IMG/VR virus record: IMGVR_UViG_3300012943_000014
Span: 1-46,736 of that record
DNA length: 46,736 nt
Origin: a virus
Lineage: Duplodnaviria; Caudoviricetes
Reading direction: 5' to 3' (one strand)
Of this stretch, positions 34,566-42,303 are shown piece by piece (position 1 is the first letter of the stretch; each line of letters starts with the position of its first letter). The translations under genes and the position numbers were made by a program. Below the pieces are notes generated by a model, which was not told where the DNA came from, made no database searches, and saw only the letters and a list, made by a program, of their open reading frames with translations.

Positions 34566-35639
34566 TTAGGCGGTCGCACCGGGCGCACGGACCATGCGCG
34601 GCTCCGGCTTGGTCTTGACCGCGTTCGCCCGGTCCTCTGGCGAGACCTTCGCACGCGTGGCGAGCACGTCGATGACCCGCGCAAGGTGCGCGATCGCCTC
34701 GCGTTCGCTGCGCTTGCTCGGCGTGCTGCCGATGCTTTCGAGCATGGCCGCGAACGCTTCGATGCGGTCGGCCAGCAGCGCGCGACCGGGACCGCCGACC
34801 GCGAGATTTGCGGCGGTCAGCGTGACCGACAACACGCGCCCGTTCGCGTCGGTCTTGGTCGCGTTGTCATCCGCGCCCGCGACGACCGCGCTGGCCTTGT
34901 CGTTGGTCTTGCTGCCCGACCGGTCACGCGTGGCTTTGGGCTTGCCCGCAGCCGCCGCGATCTTGGCAGCGCGGTCGTTGATGTAGGCGTCGGTCAGCGA
35001 CCGGGCGACAAGCGCACCGGGCACTTTCTTGCCGTCCGAGGTCGTCACATCCGGGACGTGATGCATCGCCCACAGCACGCCATCGGGCGAGACCTTCATG
35101 CCCGCGCGCGGGAATTCCACGGGCAGGGAGAGCAGCACGCCCGCGAACTTCACGATACGCCCGCACGCGGATGCGACCGCGCGATCACGCGCCTTGGCGG
35201 CTTCGATGGTGCCAGCGTGGCCGAGCGCATCCAACGTGGCGCGCTTGGTCGCGTAGTCGGTGCGCGCGTTGGCAGTTTCGGGCGAGAGGGACGCAACCGC
35301 ATCCATGAGGTCCTCCACCTTGGCCTTGGGCAGCGCGCCCTTGGCATGCGCGAGCAACACGTCGGGCGTGATAGCGAAGGCAACGCGCTTGTCGGTGCGC
35401 ACGCCCTTGTCGGTGCGCTGGAAGCACGTGGCACCGATGATCGGCTTGTTCCCGAGCGTGGTGCCCGCGAGCATGTCGAGGAAAGAGAGCGTTGCGCGGG
35501 CGTTCGCACCGGCGCGCGACTTCTCAGCGGTAACGATGTTACCGAGATCGCGCCCGAATGCCGTGCTGGCGTCGGTGAAGGTTGCGGGTGCGGTCTTGAC
35601 CGTGAAGGGTTTCGCGGTCGTCTTGGTCTTGGTCGCCAT
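34566..35639 (-). CDS. Stand-alone basic Ala/Lys/Thr-rich early protein (357 aa)
   Basis: RBS AGGAG before MATKTK; own promoter and terminator. Confidence 0.8.
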   Translation of the reverse strand: MATKTKTTAKPFTVKTAPATFTDASTAFGRDLGNIVTAEKSRAGANARATLSFLDMLAGTTLGNKPIIGATCFQRTDKGVRTDKRVAFAITPDVLLAHAKGALPKAKVEDLMDAVASLSPETANARTDYATKRATLDALGHAGTIEAAKARDRAVASACGRIVKFAGVLLSLPVEFPRAGMKVSPDGVLWAMHHVPDVTTSDGKKVPGALVARSLTDAYINDRAAKIAAAAGKPKATRDRSGSKTNDKASAVVAGADDNATKTDANGRVLSVTLTAANLAVGGPGRALLADRIEAFAAMLESIGSTPSKRSEREAIAHLARVIDVLATRAKVSPEDRANAVKTKPEPRMVRAPGATA

Positions 35640-35719
35640 GTCGTCATGCTCCTGTGCTGACGTGTCTCGCGGGTGCACGCGCCGCGCCGCGCCGGCCGTC
35701 ACCTGACGACCGAGTGCCT

Positions 35720-35748
35720 ATAATGCGCCCGGTGGTGTCCTATGTCAA
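35720..35748 (-). promoter_or_regulatory. Sigma70-like promoter
   Basis: TTGACA-17 bp-CATTAT; palindrome copy at 35777 just upstream. Confidence 0.7.
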
Positions 35749-35749
35749 T

Positions 35750-36460
35750 GGGTGCGGCACCATGCGCGCATGGCGTGGTAACGCGTGTTATCAGCACGCA
35801 TGGTGCGGCAGGGTATCGCATCGCACGCCCAACGCATGCGTGGTGCAAACCGTGCAGTATCGGGACAGTATCGGCAAGTATAGATGCATGGGGGGCATGT
35901 ATAGTGCGCAGCATGTGCAAGTATAGCGACAGTAATTGCAACCCCCGCCACAAGAAAAAACGGGTTGACATCGGGCGTGGCGATGCGCACGCAGAGGTCC
36001 GTCGTCACCCCCACCGGTGTCCTGCACATGTGCGCACATGCATGCACGCGACACGCCAGCGACACGCACAATGCCACTCCCCCGCATCATCGCAAGTGGC
36101 ATGCCGCTATTTATGTATGGGTGTCATGTATATGTACGGGCGTGCTACGAGCGTGCTACGAGCGTGCGTGCATGTGTGCATACATGCCCTCGTACCACCC
36201 TTCCCCCGACCACCACCCCTATGGTACTGCGTACGTGGGTGTATGTCAACTACTACATATAGTAGCAGCCACCTGCCCGAGACACTATAAGAGCACGCCC
36301 GCGCGCGTACACGCATGCATGCACGTAGCATGTGCTATCACTATGCGTGCTCTGTGCATGCCCGATGCGTGCCCGATGCGTGCGCTGTGTCGGTACATGC
36401 TGCACGCTCGATGCGTTGTTGTGGGAAGCGTCCGCGCGTCGCATTCACTCCGCGCGGACT
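35750..36460. other. Non-coding control region between the divergent arms (candidate origin or physical genome end)
   Basis: No credible ORF; purine-pyrimidine-alternating sequence; 11-bp tandem repeats at 36140-36167 and 36359-36383. Confidence 0.55.
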
Positions 36461-36520
36461 AGTTGACATCGAGCCAGATCAGGGCCGAGACAGTCAGACG
36501 CATGCCACCTACGCACGTCC

Positions 36521-36549
36521 TCGACAGGATGTCAAGCATCTGCTACAAT
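36521..36549 (+). promoter_or_regulatory. Sigma70-like promoter for the + strand arm
   Basis: TCGACA-17 bp-TACAAT with extended -10 TGcTACAAT. Confidence 0.6.
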
Positions 36550-36579
36550 GCCGCAGATCAGGCGCACATGGAGGCTGAA

Positions 36580-37005
36580 ATGCCAGCGTATTCAGGGCTT
36601 TACGACGGAGTGTTCGGCACTCCCTACGCACCGATCGCCAAGCCGGTCCCCGCAATCAGCGGCATCCTGCGCGTCATGTTGCAGAAGCGCGGGCTGTACG
36701 GCTATGCGCGTGCATTCGGTGGAGCTGCACCGCTCACCGTCAAGGGCGTGGACGCCGACCGCAATGACATGCAGGTGCGCGGTGGCTGGGACTATGCGAC
36801 GCGCACCGATGACGCCGCCAACAAGGTGACCATCACCAACATCGGTGGTGACATCAATGCGCTGGAGGACATCAACACTCCCGCCCTCCCCGATGGCGTC
36901 GCGCTCAACCGCACCCGCAAGGTGCATCTCAATCGGCAGTACGCCAAGGACGACGCCAACCTGCCCGTCACTGCGCCCGCACTCACCGAGCGGTACGCGG
37001 CCTGA
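36580..37005 (+). CDS. Hypothetical protein (141 aa)
   Basis: RBS GGAGG before MPAYSG. Confidence 0.75.
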   Translation: MPAYSGLYDGVFGTPYAPIAKPVPAISGILRVMLQKRGLYGYARAFGGAAPLTVKGVDADRNDMQVRGGWDYATRTDDAANKVTITNIGGDINALEDINTPALPDGVALNRTRKVHLNRQYAKDDANLPVTAPALTERYAA

Positions 37006-37985
37006 TGGACATCGCAGACATCGTCCGGCAGGTAGTCGGACAGGCAGCGGGCGGTGGTCAACCACAGCCGTCCGCTGTCAACCCGAGTGGCTACTCGCAG
37101 GCCACTCCGACCGGGACCGATCCCACGCAGCCGGGCGGTGGCGCGCTGCGTGATCGCTTCCATCAGGTGCGTGGCAACGAGTACCAGATGACGGAGGGCA
37201 CGCCCCTCGCGCAGAAGCTCGCAGCCGAGTTCCTGCAATCACGCGGTGCGCCTGTCAACGCGCAGAACCTCGCCGTCGCGCAGCAGTACCTACGCGGTGG
37301 TGCGCTCGGTGCGATGGAGCAGCAGCAGAGCACCGAGAACGAGATCGCCGACGCAGCAATTGCCGCTGACGCCGGTGCCAGTGCAGGCGGTGGAGCTGCA
37401 CCTACCCCGACCACAGGCACGCCGCCGCCTGCACGCCCGATGCCCACCACCGATGCGCCCGTCGATGCACCGGTTGCTGACGAGGGCAGTGGTGACAAGG
37501 GCGGGCTCCCGTGGCTACTCGCTGCACCTGCACTGCGCACGCTCAAAGACCCGCGTGTCCCGCCTATCGAGGAGATCAGCAACGCAGACGGCACGCCGAA
37601 GCTACAGCCCGGTGTCGCAGAACGCGCGGCAGCAGAAGCAGCAGCAGCCGCAGCGACGCCGAAGCCAGCCGATGTCGTGCCCGATCAGCGTGCTGCACCT
37701 GTTGCCGCAGCCGAGCAGCCCAACCCGTACGCAGGGCAGACCGAGGACGCAGCGACGCGGCCAATCGAGACGGAGGAAGTCATCAACGCACCGCGACCGC
37801 GTGATGTCACGACAGTGAGCGAGGCGCCGAAGAATGCGACGCAGGTCGGCAGCGTCGGTGGCAAGAACGGTGAAGTGCCGCTCATGCGTGGCGAGGACGG
37901 CAAGTTCTACGCACAGGTGGGCAACGAGTGGATCACCGCGAAGGACCGCTCCGCACTGCGCAAGGCAATCCTGCGAGCGTTCTGA
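37005..37985 (+). CDS. Pro/Ala-rich hypothetical protein (326 aa)
   Basis: TGATG coupling; low-complexity centre. Confidence 0.7.
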   Translation: MDIADIVRQVVGQAAGGGQPQPSAVNPSGYSQATPTGTDPTQPGGGALRDRFHQVRGNEYQMTEGTPLAQKLAAEFLQSRGAPVNAQNLAVAQQYLRGGALGAMEQQQSTENEIADAAIAADAGASAGGGAAPTPTTGTPPPARPMPTTDAPVDAPVADEGSGDKGGLPWLLAAPALRTLKDPRVPPIEEISNADGTPKLQPGVAERAAAEAAAAAATPKPADVVPDQRAAPVAAAEQPNPYAGQTEDAATRPIETEEVINAPRPRDVTTVSEAPKNATQVGSVGGKNGEVPLMRGEDGKFYAQVGNEWITAKDRSALRKAILRAF

Positions 37986-37987
37986 CG

Positions 37988-38593
37988 ATGCCTGATGGTG
38001 ATGATCACCTGCTAACACTGGCTGACGGTACGCAGATCAACATGCGTACCGGCAGGCCAGTGACGCGTGATGGCGTCGCACCGGGATACGTGGCGATCCC
38101 CAGCAACACCGAGGCGGTGCGTGAGGTAACACGTGTGCGTCGTCGTCTAGCAGACTTGCCCGAGCTAGGCGCACGCATGAACGTCGTCAGTGCCATCGCT
38201 GCCTACTACATGTTCGGTCTTGAGGACTTCGAGATAGCACATGCTACGGGCATGACCGAGGGGCAAGTCGGTCGCATACGCACTACCGACGCGTTCACGC
38301 AGATCGTTGACGCGATCACGCAGAACCTCGTCGAGGGGCAGGCTGCTGGCGTCCGAGACATGATCGAGCGTGAGGCCGCGAACGCTGCACGCAATGTCGT
38401 GTCACTGATGAGCAGTGATGACGAGAAGGTGGCACTCGTCGCTGCTAAGGACATCCTCGACCGTGCAGGGCATCGCCCCGTGGACGTTGTCGAGCATCGC
38501 CACAAAGTCGAGGGCGGCCTCGTGATCGAGTATGTCAGTCGCGGTGGCAACGATGACGTGCCGATGATCGACATGTCAGTGGAGGACGTGTGA
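37988..38593 (+). CDS. terS: Terminase small subunit-like protein (201 aa)
   Basis: HTH (EIAHATGMTEGQVGRI), helical oligomerisation segment ending AAKDILDRAG, and C-terminal beta strands. Confidence 0.65.
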   Translation: MPDGDDHLLTLADGTQINMRTGRPVTRDGVAPGYVAIPSNTEAVREVTRVRRRLADLPELGARMNVVSAIAAYYMFGLEDFEIAHATGMTEGQVGRIRTTDAFTQIVDAITQNLVEGQAAGVRDMIEREAANAARNVVSLMSSDDEKVALVAAKDILDRAGHRPVDVVEHRHKVEGGLVIEYVSRGGNDDVPMIDMSVEDV

Positions 38594-39156
38594 TGGCGAT
38601 CAACACGTATGGCAGTGGCGCGTCTCCGAGCGTCAAGCCCAAGACGGCGATGCAGACTGCTGTTGCCAAGCAGAAGGCCGCAATCGCAGCGGGCAATGCG
38701 CCATCGCGTGCAGATGTCGGCAAGTCGCAGCTCGAAGGCTGGTACGCGCAAGAGGCTGCACGCAAGGCCGCCACCGAGGGGAAGGTGGGCAGCATCACGT
38801 CGAAGGCCGCAGCCGACAAGGCCGCAGCGATCACTGCGTACACAGCGAAGAACAAAGCAGCGATGGAGGCCGCACGGGCAGCAACATCCAAGCCGGTGTC
38901 GGGCGTTGCCACGTTCAATGCGAACAGCCTCAAGCCGTTGCAGCAGGTGACGGGCGTTGCGGTCAACGACGCGTTCGCTGGTGGCAACAACGCGACCGAT
39001 GCGTTCTACGTCAACCCGCAGAGCACGCAGTCGCAGTACGCAGTGGGCGCACCAGTGGGCGGTGGTGACATCGGCACGAGGCAGCGTGCGACGACTACCG
39101 CTGCGTTGACGCCCACGACAGACACGCTCGGTAGCAAGCGAAAGGATCAGTTCTGA
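38590..39156 (+). CDS. Ala/Lys-rich hypothetical protein (~188 aa)
   Basis: Coupled to both neighbours; RBS GGAGG. Confidence 0.7.
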   Translation: MMAINTYGSGASPSVKPKTAMQTAVAKQKAAIAAGNAPSRADVGKSQLEGWYAQEAARKAATEGKVGSITSKAAADKAAAITAYTAKNKAAMEAARAATSKPVSGVATFNANSLKPLQQVTGVAVNDAFAGGNNATDAFYVNPQSTQSQYAVGAPVGGGDIGTRQRATTTAALTPTTDTLGSKRKDQF

Positions 39157-39374
39157 TGGCAACTGTCGTTGATGAGGCACGCCCCGCCGACGAGGCAGTG
39201 GACGGCGCGACCGACGAGTTCGTGCAGCCGACGCCGCGTGACTACCCGCGCGAGTTCACGATCAAGGCGTCAGTCGCAGACACCGAGGCCGGTGCGCCGC
39301 AGTCCGCGTACCCGATCGTGGACCTGTCCGCGTTCTGGCTACCGAGCGTGCCGAACACCGCTCGACCGGCGTGA
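39156..39374 (+). CDS. Hypothetical protein (72 aa)
   Basis: TGATG coupling; shares motifs with the next gene. Confidence 0.65.
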   Translation: MATVVDEARPADEAVDGATDEFVQPTPRDYPREFTIKASVADTEAGAPQSAYPIVDLSAFWLPSVPNTARPA

Positions 39375-39378
39375 CGCG

Positions 39379-39915
39379 ATGGCGATTGTCCCCGACAGCG
39401 CGCGGCCAGCCGACATCGTCACGCACGGGTTCACCATCCGTGCCAGCGTCGCGGATGAGCATGTGCCGACGCCCGATGACGGCAGCATCACGCCCAACGT
39501 AGGCGGCTCGGTCGGTGCCATTGCACGCACGCAGGATGGCGTATCGGCTGGCATCATGCTGCCCGATTGGCATGCACTCGTGGTTGACGAGATCGTCGGT
39601 GACAGCGCGACGATGGACGCTGGTACCGTCGTCATCACCGAGGACGGCACGTACACGCTCGAAGCACGTGCCGAGGTCAGGAACAACTACGGCCAGTACG
39701 TGGTGTTCGGTGCCAGCAAGAACGGTGCCATGCCGCCCGTCGAGATCGCACGTGCGCAGTGCAACAGCAATGACTTCGTGTTCGTCATCACGCAGCGTGC
39801 GCAGCGGTCGTACGTCGAGGGCGATACCGTCGAGCTGTTCGTGAGCAGCACATTCCAGTGGGCGGAGTTCGCATGGCGCAACGTCGAGTTCATGGCGCTA
39901 AAGCAGGGCTCGTGA
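39379..39915 (+). CDS. Putative fibre/decoration protein with beta-sandwich (C1q/BclA-like) C-terminus (178 aa)
   Basis: ITEDGTYTLEARAEV..EGDTVELFV strand pattern. Confidence 0.5.
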   Translation: MAIVPDSARPADIVTHGFTIRASVADEHVPTPDDGSITPNVGGSVGAIARTQDGVSAGIMLPDWHALVVDEIVGDSATMDAGTVVITEDGTYTLEARAEVRNNYGQYVVFGASKNGAMPPVEIARAQCNSNDFVFVITQRAQRSYVEGDTVELFVSSTFQWAEFAWRNVEFMALKQGS

Positions 39916-40112
39916 TGCTGCTGGGTGGCTGTGCACCGACGCACATACCGCCCATCGACTTCACTGGTGCGCGCGTGATCATGCTGTGCATCATCAACTG
40001 TCCGTTGGCAGTGAACGTGGCAGACGAGGGAGAGATCGTGGATGCACTGCCCATCGAGCAAACGCACCTGATGCCTGAGAACGTCCGTGCTATCACCGAG
40101 AGGCCGCAATGA
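39873..40112 (+). CDS. Possible small lipoprotein next to the endolysin (79 aa)
   Basis: GGAG RBS; MAQRRVHGAKAGLVMLLGGC ends in a lipobox-like LGGC; ATGA coupling to the endolysin. Confidence 0.35.
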   Translation: MAQRRVHGAKAGLVMLLGGCAPTHIPPIDFTGARVIMLCIINCPLAVNVADEGEIVDALPIEQTHLMPENVRAITERPQ

Positions 40113-40732
40113 GCGTTGACATGAGCCTCGGCTACACGCGCACGCTGATCGACAGCGCCGCCACCGATGGCATGCTGCGCAATCAGCTTGCGTATCTGCT
40201 CGCCACTGCGTGCTGGGAGACGAACAGCACGATGGAGCCAGTCAAGGAGGCGTACTGGCTGTCGGAGGAGTGGCGCGAGGCGAACCTGTCGTACTACCCA
40301 TGGTACGGTCGTGGCTTCGTGCAGCTCACGTGGGAGGAGAACTACGCACGTGCAGACAGCGAGCTGCACCTCGACGGTTCGCTCGTCGCCGACGCCGACC
40401 TCGCACTCGATCCGAGCATCGCATCGCGCATCATCATCACCGGGATGACGGAGGGGTGGTTCACCGGCAAGAAGCTGGCCGACTACATCGACCTCACGCG
40501 CAGTGACTACGTGGGCGCGCGCAAGATCATCAATGGCACTGACCATGCCAGCGACATCGCGAGCATCGCTGCTGACTACGACAAGGCGCTGCTCGCTGAG
40601 GGCTACGGCGTCGATGACGGCGATCCGCCACCGGCACCGGCACCGCTCGATGACTACGCAGCACAGGTGGCGCGGCTCGATGCACTAGAGGCATGGGCGA
40701 TGTCGCTCAACTACACGCCACCGGAGGCATAG
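40109..40732 (+). CDS. Endolysin, glycoside hydrolase family 19-like (207 aa)
   Basis: QLAYLLATACWET..MEPVKE, YGRGFVQLTWEENY, FTGKKL and ARKIING. Confidence 0.88.
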   Translation: MSVDMSLGYTRTLIDSAATDGMLRNQLAYLLATACWETNSTMEPVKEAYWLSEEWREANLSYYPWYGRGFVQLTWEENYARADSELHLDGSLVADADLALDPSIASRIIITGMTEGWFTGKKLADYIDLTRSDYVGARKIINGTDHASDIASIAADYDKALLAEGYGVDDGDPPPAPAPLDDYAAQVARLDALEAWAMSLNYTPPEA

Positions 40733-42303
40733 TGCCGACACGTCCGTATCGCATTGTCGATGGCTCGTTGCAGCAGCAGTTCTTTGCACTGCGCAGCAAG
40801 ATACAGTTCTATGCCGGTGGCTTCGCTAACGGCAAGACGAGCGCGGCTGTCATACGCGGACTAGAGCTGGCGCGTGACTATCCCGGTAGCAACGGGCTGA
40901 TCGCACGCAGCACGTACCCGAAGCTGAACGACACCATCCGCAAGGAGTGGCAGAAGTGGTGTCCGAAGCACTGGATCAAGTCATTCCCGACGAGTGCCAA
41001 CGGTAGCAACACATGCACGTTGACCAACGGCACGACCGTCAACTTCCGCTACGTGTCGCAGCAGGGCGCGGTTGCGGAGGAGGCGAGCACGTCGAACCTG
41101 CTATCTGCGACGTATGACTGGATCATCGTCGATCAGATGGAGGACCCGGAGATCGTGTACAAGGACTTCACCGACTTGCTCGGTCGTCTGCGTGGCATGA
41201 CTCCGTACACCGGTACCGACCTGACGATGCCACGTAGCGGGCCACGGTGGCTGATACTCACGTGCAATCCGACGCGCAATTGGGTGTACAAGTACCTGAT
41301 CAAGCCGTATCAAGTATACATGGAGACGGGGCACATCGGTCCCGATCTGCTCTGCATACGCGACGAGAACGAGCATCCCGTGCTCAAGGATGATGCACCG
41401 CAGTTGCTCATGCACATGGTCGAGGGCTCGACGTACGAGAACGCGGACAACCTCGAACCCGACTTCATCCAGACGCTAGAGAGCACGTACCGTGGTAGCA
41501 TGCGCGACCGCTTCCTGCTCGGTGGCTGGGGGTCGTACGAGGGCCTCGTGTACCCGCAGTTCAACGCGATAACACATGTTATCCCGTACGACGATGTCAT
41601 GGACTACCTCGGTGACTTGCAGCAGCGGTTCTACGAGACGCACTTCATCGAAGGCTACGACTTCGGCATCGCTGTACCGTCGTGCTACCTGTGCGGGTTC
41701 AGCGACGCGTGGGGCAACGTGTTCATCATCGACGGGTTCTACCGCAAGGGCGAGGACATGCCCGTCGAAGTGCAGCGTGACGAGATCACGAGGCTGCGCA
41801 ACAAGTACGGCATCATGGGCAACCAGCCGGTGATGGCCGATCCGAGCATCTTCCGTCGCACGTCCGCGAGCAACCGCACGGTTGGCAACAGCACTGCCGA
41901 CATCTTCTGGCAGAGCGGCAGTGGCATCCGCATGGTGCGCGGCAACAACGACATCATGAATGGCATCATCAAGGTGAGCGCGTATCTCGCACCGATGAAG
42001 CTGCATCAGCACCCACTGACGGGTGAGCATGGTGCCCCGCATCTGTACGTGGTCGATACGCTCGACTTCGTGCAGGACGAGTTCGGCACCTACATGTGGG
42101 CGGTGAACAGCCGCAGTGAGCGTGACGACAAGCCGCGTGACAAGGACGATCACGCGATGGATACGCTCAAGTATATGCTATCGCGTCGTCCCGAGATCGC
42201 CAAGCTGCCGCAGTTCGCGATCCCGAAGGTGCCATCGTACATGTCGTGGCAAGAGCGCGCGGTCCCGTCAAGAGCACAGCAGAAGGCGCACAGGTATGGC
42301 TAA
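40732..42303 (+). CDS. terL: Terminase large subunit (523 aa)
   Basis: Walker A GGFANGKT, Walker B-like WIIVDQ, LTCNP, and nuclease motifs GYDFG, ADPS, DDHAMDTLKY; GGAGG RBS before GTG. Confidence 0.92.
   Translation: MPTRPYRIVDGSLQQQFFALRSKIQFYAGGFANGKTSAAVIRGLELARDYPGSNGLIARSTYPKLNDTIRKEWQKWCPKHWIKSFPTSANGSNTCTLTNGTTVNFRYVSQQGAVAEEASTSNLLSATYDWIIVDQMEDPEIVYKDFTDLLGRLRGMTPYTGTDLTMPRSGPRWLILTCNPTRNWVYKYLIKPYQVYMETGHIGPDLLCIRDENEHPVLKDDAPQLLMHMVEGSTYENADNLEPDFIQTLESTYRGSMRDRFLLGGWGSYEGLVYPQFNAITHVIPYDDVMDYLGDLQQRFYETHFIEGYDFGIAVPSCYLCGFSDAWGNVFIIDGFYRKGEDMPVEVQRDEITRLRNKYGIMGNQPVMADPSIFRRTSASNRTVGNSTADIFWQSGSGIRMVRGNNDIMNGIIKVSAYLAPMKLHQHPLTGEHGAPHLYVVDTLDFVQDEFGTYMWAVNSRSERDDKPRDKDDHAMDTLKYMLSRRPEIAKLPQFAIPKVPSYMSWQERAVPSRAQQKAHRYG

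Noticed and set aside
34686-35660. 324-aa + strand ORF
   Set aside because: Shadow of the - strand gene, which has a promoter, RBS and terminator.
35966-36470. + strand TTGACA hexamers at 35966 and 36463 as promoters
   Set aside because: Neither has a credible -10 box at 16-18 bp.
35699-36578. Many Cys/Met/His-rich ORFs here and in 34066-34618
   Set aside because: They are translations of purine-pyrimidine-alternating DNA and lack an RBS or normal codon bias.
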